Positions 43,506 through 53,485 of a stretch of DNA of 64,000 bases are shown here, one piece after another. The stretch is taken from positions 416,001 through 480,000 of the forward strand of contig CAVYKI010000003.1 of the NCBI GenBank assembly GCA_963769025.1, in the 5' to 3' direction. Positions within the stretch are counted from its first letter, which is position 1; each line of letters begins with the position of its first letter. The notes beneath the pieces are model-generated. The model saw nothing but the letters and a program-made list of their open reading frames with translations. It was not told where the DNA came from and ran no database searches. Origin of the DNA: an uncultured Verrucomicrobiae bacterium. GTDB lineage: Bacteria; Verrucomicrobiota; Verrucomicrobiia; Chthoniobacterales; Chthoniobacteraceae. The translations under genes and the position numbers were made by a program.

Positions 43506-45150
43506 CGCGAAGTCACGAGTTTCAAAGCCAGGGCGATGCACGCGGCGAGCAGCAGCCAGAAGCCGGTGCGGTAGAATCCGAGCGGATTGCGTTCGATGAG
43601 GGACGTGCCCTTTTGAAAGAACGGCTCGACGCTGTCCGGGTGTTCGAGGTCGAAGGCCAGTTCGCTGAAATGCCGGTAGCGACGCTCGGGATTGATGCTG
43701 ATCGCGCGCAGGATGACGTGGTCGAGCCACGGCGGAATGATCTGGGTTCAGAGCGCTCGGTGGCTTCGGCGGATGGAAAACGGGCGACTGGAAGCGCTCG
43801 ATTTCGCCGAACGGAAACTTGCCGGGTGAGCGCCTCGTAGAGCGTGACGCCGATGGCGAAAATCTCGGTGCGTTCCGAAATCGGCTCGCCGTGAAATCGC
43901 TCCGGCGCGAGGTAGCTCGCCGTGCCCGCGCGAGACGTGACGCTGAAGACTGCCGCGGCGCTGCCGAAGTCGATGAGCTTGAAGCGCAGCTTGGCGTAGT
44001 CGGAGACGACGAGCACATTCTCGGGTTTCACGTCGCCATGCACCAGGTCGAGTCCGAGCAGGCGCTGGCCGGCCTTGGCGAGCATCCTGCCGAGCGCCAC
44101 AGCTTCATCCGGGCCGAGCGCACGCGCCTTGAGCACGCTCTTGAGACTCGGCGCCTCGACGAATTCCTGGACGTAGTAGCGCGCCGTGGCCCTCTCGGGC
44201 GTGAAGGCCGCGACGAACAGGTCGGGCGCGGCCTCCGCGGCACGCTGCGCGTTCCATTCCTCCTTGATGAAGCGCGCGAGGATCTCCTCGTCGTCGCGCG
44301 CTTCGAGCGGCGCGAACTTGATCGTCCAGCGCTGGTCGTCCTTCGTCGCGAGCCATACGCGGTCACTGTGCTGAAACGGACGGACGAGTTCGTAGCCGTC
44401 GATCACATCGCCCTTGCGCAGGTGTCCGGAATCTGGAGCGGGAGCTGGCTCACGGCGCGCAGCATACCAGCCCTCACGATATCGATCACGATCGCACTCG
44501 CGTCATCGAGCGTCTCCTCGGTCGCGAGTTCGCGCGCCTGTTGCACGATGGCGCGGGCGGCGGTGTGATGGGTGAGCCGCTCCGAGAGGACATCATCGCT
44601 CAGCACGTTGGAAACGCCGTCGGAGCAGAGGAAGGCGATGTCGCCGTCGCGCAGCTCGGTCTCGAAGCAATGCGGCTCAACGTCAGGCGCGAGGCCGATG
44701 GCGCGCTGGAGGACGTGGGAGAATGTGCGGTCATTGATGACGTGATCGTGCGAGAGCTGCGAGAGCTGGCCGCCGCGTGAGAGATAGACGCGCGAGTCGC
44801 CGACATTCAGGCCGAAGAGCCGGTTGCCCTCGATGACTGCGACCGAGAGCGTCGAGATCATCTCTGGTGCGGAGTGCCTCACGAGCGATTCGTGGTGCAG
44901 CGTGTGGTTGATGATTTTGGTGAACTCCGAGAGAGCGCGCTGCGGGCTCCAGCTAGCCGGGCGCACGGCGTAATTGGTCATCAGCGATTTCACAATCCGC
45001 CTGGCCGCCTCACGTGCATCGCGCGCCGCGCCCGCGCCGTCGGCGAGCACGGCGATCACGGTTTCGTCCCACGCTTTCACGGCGAAGGAGTCCTCCGATT
45101 CCGCGCCGTCCCGCTTTGCGCACGCCGTAGCTGGTGAAGTTCACTTTCAA
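43502..45150 (-). CDS. Bifunctional PP2C phosphatase / Ser-Thr kinase with C-terminal TM (frameshifts)
   Basis: ADG, NVGDSRVY, CSDGV, DDAS; HGDVKPEN, DFG, YLAPE; C-terminus LIERNPLGFYR plus TM; TTG start inferred. Confidence 0.85.
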
Positions 45151-45161
45151 TATTTCAGGGC

Positions 45162-46373
45162 TCAAATCCTCGCCGCTGAGACCGCGCCCCACGTCGTGCG
45201 CCAGCGGGTCTTGACCAGTTTCAGTCCGATCAGTGCGAAGAGGCAGAGGCTCGCGAAGACGAGCAGTCCGCCGAGATAGCTGCCGAAGTGCTCCTTGCTC
45301 TGGCCCATCATGTTCGCGAGCAGGAATCCGCCGAGGCCGCCGCCGCAGCCGACGAGGCCGGTCATGAGCCCGAGTTCCTTGCCGAAGCGCTGTGGCAGGA
45401 GCTGGAAGACGGAGCCGTTGCCCATTCCGAATGCGCCGCATGCGACGAAGAATGCCGCGACATTCAGCCAGAGGTTTTCGATGAGTCCGCCGAGAATGAG
45501 CGCGACGCACGCGACGCTGTAATAGACATGCAGCGAGCGGATGCCGCCGATGCGGTCTGAAATCGCGCCGCCAACCGGGCGGCCGAGTGCGCCGATCGCC
45601 GTGCAGAGTGCAACGAGATCGCCCGCCTGTGACGGTGAGAGGCCGAAGCGATCCTTGAAATACATGCCGAGCGAGTAGGCCAGGCCGACGAAGCCGCCGA
45701 AGGTGACGGTGTAGAAGAAGCAGAACCAGTGAACGTCCTTGTCGCGGAACATGCCGAAGTAGTCGCGGAGCTTCTTTGGCGTCGCGGGGTTCGGCGGCTC
45801 CTTGGAAAAGATGATGTAGATCGCGAGCACGAATACCGCCGGTATGAGCGCGAACCCGAACACCGCCTCCCAGCCGTAGGCGGCGGCGAGACGCGGTGCG
45901 AGCAGCGAGTCGATCACCACACCGATGTTCCCGGCACCGGCGAGACCCATCACGAGGCCCTGCATGTTCGGCGGGTACCAGCGCCCGGCCTGCGGCATCG
46001 CCACTGCGAAGCTCGCGCCTGCCACTCCGAGGACCATGCCCATCAGCAGCGTTGCCTCGTAGTTTTTCAGCCCGAAAATCCACGCCACGGCCAGTCCGGT
46101 CATCACGACGAGTTGCGCGATGATCCCCGTGCGCTTTGCCCCGATGCGATCCACGAGCAGCCCGAGCCCGAGCCGGAAGACGCCGCCAAACAGGATCGGC
46201 ACCGAAACCATGAAGAACCGCTGCTGTGCGCTGAGATTCAGCGACTCCGGCGCGGCGATCTGGTTCGCGAGGACGCCGAGGAGCGTCCAGACCATGAAGC
46301 TGTAGTCGAAGTAGAGGAACGCCGTGACGAGCGTCGGGAAGTGGCCTGCCTTTTTGAGCGCGGAGAGGTTCAA
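45162..46373 (-). CDS. narK: MFS nitrate/nitrite transporter (NarK/NasA family)
   Basis: GHFPTL..FLYFD, GLAGAGNIG, FGGFVG, RPVGG, GMGNGSVFQ; TTG start inferred. Confidence 0.9.
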   Translation of the reverse strand: MNLSALKKAGHFPTLVTAFLYFDYSFMVWTLLGVLANQIAAPESLNLSAQQRFFMVSVPILFGGVFRLGLGLLVDRIGAKRTGIIAQLVVMTGLAVAWIFGLKNYEATLLMGMVLGVAGASFAVAMPQAGRWYPPNMQGLVMGLAGAGNIGVVIDSLLAPRLAAAYGWEAVFGFALIPAVFVLAIYIIFSKEPPNPATPKKLRDYFGMFRDKDVHWFCFFYTVTFGGFVGLAYSLGMYFKDRFGLSPSQAGDLVALCTAIGALGRPVGGAISDRIGGIRSLHVYYSVACVALILGGLIENLWLNVAAFFVACGAFGMGNGSVFQLLPQRFGKELGLMTGLVGCGGGLGGFLLANMMGQSKEHFGSYLGGLLVFASLCLFALIGLKLVKTRWRTTWGAVSAARI

Positions 46374-46428
46374 ATGGGAGTGTTGGTGGTTGTTTTCGAT
46401 GCACCCCGAAAGGTGTGCGCTCCCCCTT

Positions 46429-46444
46429 AGCCGATGCGATGCCA
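46429..46444 (-). promoter_or_regulatory. Sigma54-like -24/-12 element upstream of narK
   Basis: TGGCATCGCATCGGCT (GG-N10-GC; -12 region non-canonical). Confidence 0.5.
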
Positions 46445-46480
46445 GCACGGCTCCACTGACAAGATGAGGGCTCTTCAAAG

Positions 46481-46511
46481 TTTTCATGGAAAAGATGCAT
46501 TCCGTTCATAC
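46481..46511. promoter_or_regulatory. Putative LysR box, copy 2
   Basis: 24/31 identical to 53455..53485; contains ATG-N9-CAT (T-N11-A). Confidence 0.7.
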
Positions 46512-46735
46512 CTCTCCCCTGACAGAGGGCGGCGATGCCTTTATGTGCGGCGTGAAACAGCCGGTTCACTTCCTGCACTGCCCAAATTTTTTTTCCAGCG
46601 CCGGAAATCATCCGGCGTGGTGTGTTTGGAATTGCACAGGCTGCGCATTCCGCGTGCGCAAAATGCGCCGTCAGGCCCGGCTGTATCGCTGTGTAGCACG
46701 CCGGCGTTTTCCTCAATGAACGGCGTCGCATCGCA

Positions 46736-46862
46736 TGGAGCGCTGGCACCTCGTCGGCAGGGTGGCGCGGGATTTGTCACGCCTCACGGATAGCAGAACG
46801 ATGGGATCTGCCTGCCTCGGGTGAGCGAATGGCTTCCTGCCGGCGAGGACGCCAGCGCTCCA
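46736..46862. repeat. REP/REPIN-like inverted repeat (GGAG type)
   Basis: TGGAGCGCTGGCACCTCGTCGGCAGG ... CCTGCCGGCGAGGACGCCAGCGCTCCA. Confidence 0.7.
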
Positions 46863-46876
46863 CGGAGGATGCCGCG

Positions 46877-48295
46877 TCAGAACGTGATCGTCGCCTGCAC
46901 GTAGCCGAAGTCAGCGTCGCTGTGGAAGCCGGTGTCCTTGAGGTATGTGCCGGAGAAGAAGTGGCTGTACCCGCCCTGCACTTGCAGATACTTGTTCACG
47001 TTCCACGTCACGACGAAGGCCAGTTCGGACCCGACGTAGGAGTCCGCTGCCCTGGAAGCCGCGTTCAACGGGCGCACGGCGGTGAGGCCGTTTGCGCGGT
47101 ACCACACGTCGTTCGTGTCCGCGAGCCAGAAGGAATTGAAGTCCAACTGCGCGGTGACGTCCTTCGCGGGCGTCACTTTGAAGCTCAGCATCGTGTTGTG
47201 CAGATTCTGCCAGGCGAAGAGATCCATGACCCCGTAGAACTTGTGGTTCGTCGGGAACAGGTTCTGGAAGGTGCCGATGCTGCCATCCGCGGAATTTCCG
47301 TCACCCGACGCGTAGTTGTATTCGGCGTAAAGGCGCGGCTTCAGCGGCGCGTCGAAGTTGTAGCCGATGCCGGCGGCTGCGGCGAAGGCCTCGAGATTCA
47401 GCCCGCGCACGTCGCCCACCTGATAGGCGAGCTCGGTCATGAATTCCAAGCCATCGAGCTTTTTCGGATCGCCTTTCACCCGGGTGCCGAGCGTGACGAA
47501 GTCGCTGTGCCGCGCGTTCGATCCCGTCGTGACCGGTGCGGCGAGCCCGCCCTGCACATTCGAGGTATTCCCGCGCGGCTCATTCACGACCAGCGAGTAG
47601 AGATCGAGCGTGCCAAAGGGCAGCGAGTCCAGCGTGGCGTAGATGCCGCTGAAGACGAGCCCGCGATTCGTCTCGGTGCCATTGAAGAGATCGGACTGGT
47701 TGTAGTGCTTGCCGGTGATCACGACGGGCGTGGAGGTGAAGGCATCGATGGAGAAGCCCTTGCCCTTGTACGTGAGCTTCACGGCGTCGAACGTGCGGCC
47801 GAAGTTGTTCCACTCGAAGGCACCGACGAGACGCTCATCGCCGTAGGAGAGAATCTGCCGGCCCACCTTCAGGCCCCACGAGGACTTCGAATAGTCGGAG
47901 ATGTCCACGTATGCCTGACGCAGGTCGAATGAGTCGTCGCCCTCGGCACCGGCGGCGCCGGGGATCAACGGACGGCCGGAGAAAAACTCGCGGCTGTCCT
48001 GCGCCTGTCCGTAGATTTTCAGCCACGGCACGGGCTTGAGCATCATGCCGATGCGGAAGCGCTGGAGCAGCCAGCCGTCGTCGGTCACGGCATTGACGCC
48101 GCTGCGGAAATCGAAGTTGTTGTCGCGGATTTCCCAGCGGAGGCGCTCCTGGATGTCGAAGACGACCGTGCCGTCTGCGAAGCTGAGCAGCGGACCGGGA
48201 TCGGCCTTTTTCGGCTCGGGTGTTTTCGCGGGGCCGGCGATGGCGTTGCCGGCGAAGAGGACGGCAGCAAACAATGTCGTGATGTGTGGTTTCAT
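46877..48295 (-). CDS. Alginate-export (AlgE-like) outer-membrane beta-barrel
   Basis: Signal peptide, LRQAY, KVGRQ..YGDERL, FPTNHKFYG, C-terminal YVQATITF. Confidence 0.82.
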   Translation of the reverse strand: MKPHITTLFAAVLFAGNAIAGPAKTPEPKKADPGPLLSFADGTVVFDIQERLRWEIRDNNFDFRSGVNAVTDDGWLLQRFRIGMMLKPVPWLKIYGQAQDSREFFSGRPLIPGAAGAEGDDSFDLRQAYVDISDYSKSSWGLKVGRQILSYGDERLVGAFEWNNFGRTFDAVKLTYKGKGFSIDAFTSTPVVITGKHYNQSDLFNGTETNRGLVFSGIYATLDSLPFGTLDLYSLVVNEPRGNTSNVQGGLAAPVTTGSNARHSDFVTLGTRVKGDPKKLDGLEFMTELAYQVGDVRGLNLEAFAAAAGIGYNFDAPLKPRLYAEYNYASGDGNSADGSIGTFQNLFPTNHKFYGVMDLFAWQNLHNTMLSFKVTPAKDVTAQLDFNSFWLADTNDVWYRANGLTAVRPLNAASRAADSYVGSELAFVVTWNVNKYLQVQGGYSHFFSGTYLKDTGFHSDADFGYVQATITF

Positions 48296-48349
48296 GGGTG
48301 TTTTCGTAGGTGTTGGTGGTTTTGCTGTCTGGGAGTTCTTTGGGATTTG

Positions 48350-49183
48350 CTAGGCTGCCGTTGGCGACATCTGCGCGACGGGAGGTGTGCCGTGCGGAGT
48401 GCGCAGGTGCGCGCCGACCTCGAGGAAGTTGATGAGCCGCGAGCGCAGCGGCGCGTAGTCCGCGTGCTCCATGATTTCCTTGCGATTGCGCGGGCGCGGG
48501 AAACTCACAGGCACGATGTCGCCGATGGTCGCCTCGGGGCCGTCGGTCATGCACACCACGCGATCGGAGAGGAAAAGCGACTCGTCCACGTCGTGCGTGA
48601 CCATGAGCGCGGTGATGCGCTCCTTCCGCCACAGGTCGAGGAGCACCTGCTGGAGTTCGTAGCGCGTGAGCGCGTCGAGCATTCCGAACGGCTCGTCGAG
48701 CAGCAGCATCCGCGGCTTCAGCGCGAATGCGCGCGCGATGCCGACGCGCTGGCGCATCCCCTGCGAGAGTTCCGCAGGCCGCTTGTGCATCGCGTCACCG
48801 AGGCCGACGACGGTGAGGTAATAGTCGGCGATCTGCCGGCGCTCGGCCTTCCTCGCGGTGTAGAAGACCTGGTTGATGCCGAGCATCACGTTTTCAAACG
48901 CTGTGAGCCACGGGAGCAGTGATGGCGATTGGAAGACCATCGCCGCGATCCGGGCCGGGGCCGGTGAGTTCCTTGCCGAGCGAGAATGATGCCGCCCTCG
49001 GTCACGCTGCTGAGCCCCGCGACCATCGATAGCACGGTGCTCTTGCCGCAGCCCGAGTGGCCGATGAGGCAGACGAATTCGCCCTTCTGAATCTTGAGGT
49101 TGAAGTCCTTCACAATCACCGCCGGCGCCCTTCGGCGATGGATACGTCTTTCCGAGCTGGGACAGTTCGCAGTAGGCGCTCAT
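48350..49183 (-). CDS. nrtD: Nitrate ABC transporter ATPase (frameshifts)
   Basis: [29 protein letters not shown]. Confidence 0.88.
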   Translation of the reverse strand: MSAYCELSQLGKTYPSPKGAGGDCEGLQPQDSEGRIRLPHRPLGLRQEHRAIDGRGAQQRDRGRHHSRSARNSPAPARIAAMVFQSPSLLPWLTAFENVMLGINQVFYTARKAERRQIADYYLTVVGLGDAMHKRPAELSQGMRQRVGIARAFALKPRMLLLDEPFGMLDALTRYELQQVLLDLWRKERITALMVTHDVDESLFLSDRVVCMTDGPEATIGDIVPVSFPRPRNRKEIMEHADYAPLRSRLINFLEVGAHLRTPHGTPPVAQMSPTAA

Positions 49184-50103
49184 TTCTCCACCTCCACTTC
49201 CGCGTGCTGAATCTCACTGCGGCGGATCGGTCCCCGATCCCCGAACCACGGGAGCGCCCTGCGGGGCAACGACAAATCCTCGGGCTCGATGTCCGGAAGC
49301 ACGAGCTTGCGGTCGAGTGTCGCCTTCCGGCTGTGCGCGCTTTTCAGGAGGTATTCCACGAGCTCGAGCCGGATGCGTTTGAAGTCCGGATGATCGGCGA
49401 TGGTCTTGCGATCGCGCGGGCGGGGAATGGTGATGGGAATGGACATTCCGAGCGTGGCATTCGGCCCCGCGGTGAGCGGGATGACGCGGTCGGCGAGCAG
49501 GATGGCCTCGTCGGGATCGTTCGTGATGAGCACGATCGTCGTGTCGTCCTCGCGCTTGATGCGCGTGACTTCGTCCTGCAGGTTGGCGCGCGTCAGGGCG
49601 TCGAGCGCGCTGAGCGGTTCATCGAGCAGGAGCACGCGCGGCCCCATCGCCAGCGCCCGCGCCACGGCCACGCGCTGGCGCATTCCGCCGGAGAGCTCGC
49701 GCGGCAGTTTGCCGGCGGCGGGCGTCAGATTCACCATGGCGATGTATTTCTCGACCTGCTCGCGGCGCTTTGCCGCGGTCCACTGCGGGAAGACCTGATC
49801 CACGGCGAGCGCGATGTTTTCGTGGACGGTGAGCCACGGGAGCAGGCTGTAGTTTTGAAACACGATGCCGCGCTCCGGCCCCGGGCCGGTGATCGGCTTG
49901 CCCTCGAATCGCGCCGAACCCCTGTCCGGGGCGACGAGTCCGCTGAGCATGTTGATGAGCGTGGTCTTTCCAGCGCCGGAAAAGCCGACGATGGCGACGA
50001 ACTCACCCTCTTCGACTTCAAGGTTGATGTCCGACAAAACCTCCGTGCGGTCCCACTTTGGCCCGAAGCCTTTGAATGCGCGTTCTATTTCGAGGAATGG
50101 CAT
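49180..50103 (-). CDS. nrtC: Nitrate ABC transporter ATPase (no NrtA-like C-terminal domain)
   Basis: GFSGAGKTT, VFQNYSLLPW, LSGGMRQR, LDEP. Confidence 0.85.
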   Translation of the reverse strand: MPFLEIERAFKGFGPKWDRTEVLSDINLEVEEGEFVAIVGFSGAGKTTLINMLSGLVAPDRGSARFEGKPITGPGPERGIVFQNYSLLPWLTVHENIALAVDQVFPQWTAAKRREQVEKYIAMVNLTPAAGKLPRELSGGMRQRVAVARALAMGPRVLLLDEPLSALDALTRANLQDEVTRIKREDDTTIVLITNDPDEAILLADRVIPLTAGPNATLGMSIPITIPRPRDRKTIADHPDFKRIRLELVEYLLKSAHSRKATLDRKLVLPDIEPEDLSLPRRALPWFGDRGPIRRSEIQHAEVEVEK

Positions 50104-50106
50104 ACG

Positions 50107-50992
50107 TTAGGCGGTCTTGAATCGTGATTCCACCAGCGACATCAGGCGGTCGAGCAGGAGGCCGATGATGCCGATGGTGAGGATGGAGAGGATGATCTGC
50201 GCGTAGTGGTTTGCGTTGTATTCCTGCCAGAGGAAGCCGCCGACTCCGGGGCGGCCGGTGAGCATTTCCACGGCGACGATGACCAGCCACGCGATGCCGA
50301 GCGAAAGACGGAAGCCGGTGAACATGTAGGGCAGCGTCGCAGGCAGCAGCACCTTGAAGAGCGTCTTGCTGCGCGAGAGTTTCAGCACGCGGGCGACGTT
50401 CAGGTAGTCCGGTCGGCACGGCGCGCACGCCGACGGCGGTGTTCATCACCGTCGGCCACATCGCGCAGATCGCGATGGTGAAAAGTGCGGCGGCGTCGCT
50501 CGCGCCAAAGACCGTCCTGCCGGAGCCGTCGAGCAGCTTCACCGAGCTGAAGAGGATCAGCCCGAGCGGAAACCACGCGAGCGGCGAGACGGGACGCAGC
50601 ACCTGGATGATCGGATCCATCGCCTTTGTGAACGTCTTTGAGAGCCCGAGGAAGAAGCCGAGCGGCGTGCCGATGATCAGCGCGATGAAGTAGCCCTGCA
50701 TCACGAGGCTGAGCGAGAGCGCGGCGAACGCGAGGATGCCCTGGTCGAGCTCGCCGCGCTTCGCGAATGGCTCCACGATGTAGAGCTTGCTGGACTTCCA
50801 TGTCTCCGCCGGCGTGGGGAGGTCGGCGGAGATGCCGGTGCGGACGGTCCTCACGACCGGGTCACCAAAATCGTCCACGGATCTCGTCACCGTTTCGCGC
50901 CCTGCGATGGCCAGCCACAGCATCAGGAAGGCGGCAAGGCCGATGCAGGGCAGCAGCAGGCTGTCGAGTTTGTAGCGTTTGATGAAGTCCAT
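50107..50992 (-). CDS. nrtB: Nitrate ABC transporter permease (one frameshift)
   Basis: LRPVSPLAWFP, WPTVMNTAVGV, LGIAWLVIVAVEML. Confidence 0.9.
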
Positions 50993-50995
50993 GCT

Positions 50996-52293
50996 TTAGC
51001 CTTTGAGTGTCTTGACCGCGAAGCTGGCGGCGTACGCCTCCAGGTCGCCCTTCGGGTCGAATTTCGTGCCGTCGAAGAACGTCTCCGGCGTATCGCTTGC
51101 GCCGCCGTGCGCGTAGCCGATCTCCTTCATCGCCTCCTCGTAGATGTCGGGGCGCATGACCTGCTTCGCCACGCCCTCGTAGTCCGGCGCGCCTTCGGTG
51201 AAGCCCCAGCGGCGGAGCTGCGTGAGCCACCATTTGCAGTACTTCGGCTGCGGGTAGTTGCAGTTCCGGTCGCTGAAGATCATGTAGTCCGGGTCGCGGA
51301 ACTTGCGCCCGTCGCCCATGACGTATTTGCCCTGCAGGCGGCCCGAGGATCGTCTCCGGCGGGCAGTTGATGTAGGTCGCGGCGCTGACGATGTTCGCCT
51401 GCTCCTCGCGGTTCTCCATCTTGTCGAGCCACACGCTCGCCTCGTGCAGCGCCTTGAGCACGGCCTTCACGGTCTTCGGATTCTTCTCCGCAAACTCCGC
51501 GGTGAAGGCGCAGACCTTTTCCGGATGATCCTTCCAGATCGCCTGCGTGGTGATCGCGGTGAAGCCGATCTCATCGGCGATGGTGCGCGCATTCCACGGC
51601 TCGCCCACGCAGAAGCCGTCCATCTTGCCGACCTTCATGTTCGCCACCATCTGCGCCGGCGGGATCGTGATGAGCGAAATGTCCGCGCCCGCGCCCGCCG
51701 CGTCGCCGGGATGAATGCCGCCCGCCGCGAGGTAATAGCGCATCCACATCGCGTGCGTGCCCGGCGGAAAAGTCATCGCAAAGGTCATCGGATTGCCGGC
51801 CGCCTTTGCCGCATCCACGAAGGGCTTCAGCGCCTTCGGATCGTCGGCGACCTTGCCGAGGAGTTCCTTCTTCAAGGTGATCGCCTGGCCGTTCCGGTTG
51901 ATCAGCCACGGGATGATCATCGGCTTCTTCGGCGCCCCGCCGAGCCCCATCGTGCTGGCGATGGGCATGCCGATGAGCATGTGCGTGGCCTGGATGTCGC
52001 CGTTGGAAAGCGAATCGCGGATCGCCGCCCAGCTCGCGCCTTTGCTCACGGTGGAGTTGATGCCGTATTTTTTGAACAGCCCCTTCTCGTGGGCGATGAC
52101 GATGCGTCGAGCAGTCCGTGAGCGCGATCATGCCGAACTTCAGGTCGGCCGTCTCCGGCGCGTCGCTGGCGAAGGTCGAGCCGACCCAGCCTTTTGGCAG
52201 GCCGGCGACGAGCGCGGCGAGGCCGGCGCCGCGGGTGATGAATTTGCGACGGGTGAGGTTGCGTGCGGTGTCAGTGGGTGCGGGTTTGTTCAT
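50996..52293 (-). CDS. nrtA: Nitrate ABC transporter substrate-binding protein, Tat signal (frameshifts)
   Basis: LTRRKF, IALTDC, NGQAIT, AMTFPPGTH, GFCVGEPWN, HPEK. Confidence 0.9.
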
Positions 52294-52312
52294 GTTGATT
52301 GGTTGGTTGGTT

Positions 52313-53369
52313 TCAGGCTGCCGAGGGGACGAAATCGGAGGACGCGAGCGGGAGCGCGCGCTTGAAAAGGTCGGAGCGAAAACATTCCGCACCGAGGCTG
52401 CGGGGGAGCTGCGAGGCCGTGGCGAGGCCGCTGGAGACGAGCGTCTGCACGACCCATGAGGCCTTTGTCGCATCGGGCTCGCTGGCGTTATCGCGCGCAA
52501 AAACGTTGAGGCCTGGACACGGTTCAATGCGTCCGTTGCCGTAGTCGAAGACCGACCCCATGCCGTGGAGAATCGCCTCCACGTCGGTGCCGATGTACTC
52601 GGGTCGCGCGAGGGTTTCGGCGACATACTCCCGGTTCGCGGGCTCGTCACAGAAACGGGCGGATTCCAGCAGCGCGGCAATGAGCGCCACGTGCTCCTCA
52701 TCGTTCTGCCTCGGCGAACTCGCTGCGGACCATCAGCACTTTCTCCGGATGCGAAGGTGCGAGCTCTGCGCTGCGCGCGACGACCCAGCCGGCGCGGGAC
52801 ATGACGGCGAGGGAATTCCACGGGTCGCCCGCGCAGAAGCCGTCGAGATGGCCCGAGCGCATGTGGGCGACCATCTGCGAGGGCGGCACCACCACCACCT
52901 CGGCGTCATTTTCCACGTCCAGGCCATGCTGCTTCAGCCACAAACGCAGCAGGACCGAATGCGACGACCATCGGTACACCGTGCCGAGCGTCACGGGGCG
53001 TCGCGTCTTGCGGACGTGCTCCCGCAGGGTCACGCCGTCGCGGACGCCGCACTGCCAGAGCCGCTGCGAGAGCGTGATCGCATTGCCGTGAAGATTCAGG
53101 ACAAGGCCGGTGAGGCAGTCGGCCTGGATTCCGCCAAGGCCCGCTGCCGCGGCAAAAAGCATCCCTGCCGGTGCGTGCGCGGCCTCGAGTTCGCCGTAGA
53201 TCACCTTTTCGCGGATGGTCGCCCAGCCGAGCTCGCGGCTGAGTTCCACGGCGAGTCCGTGCCTTTCATACAGGCCCAGTTCGCGCGCCATCACGAGCGG
53301 TGCGCAGTCGTTGAGCGCCACGAAGCCGATGCGGATGGCCTGGTCGCTGCGCCGGAGTTTTCCGGTCAA
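52313..53369 (-). CDS. Cytoplasmic NrtA/CmpA-fold nitrate sensor (NasS-like; one frameshift)
   Basis: IGFVALNDCAPL, HGNAITLS, VPPSQM, GFCAGDPWN, HPEKVL; no signal peptide. Confidence 0.78.
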
Positions 53370-53402
53370 GGCTGGCGAATAGTTTGCGATGGCCGGGCTG
53401 CC

Positions 53403-53418
53403 AGCGGGCGCCGTGCCA
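53403..53418 (-). promoter_or_regulatory. Sigma54-like -24/-12 element upstream of nasS-like/nrt operon
   Basis: TGGCACGGCGCCCGCT (GG-N10-GC). Confidence 0.55.
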
Positions 53419-53454
53419 GCATGCCAAGCGGAGCATCAGAAATTGCTTGCGAGT

Positions 53455-53485
53455 TTTTCATCTGCAAGATGAATGCCATTCATAC
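53455..53485. promoter_or_regulatory. Putative LysR box, copy 1
   Basis: Palindrome ATGAAT-GCC-ATTCAT (T-N11-A) immediately before the LysR ATG. Confidence 0.75.

Noticed and set aside
46374..46428. ANTAR antitermination leader upstream of narK
   Set aside because: Only one hairpin (GCACACC-TTTC-GGGGTGC), not the tandem hexaloop pair, and no terminator
46570..46670. NtrC enhancer sites upstream of narK
   Set aside because: TGCAC/TGCGCA half-sites are present but none has the TGCAC-N7-GTGCA spacing; too weak to call
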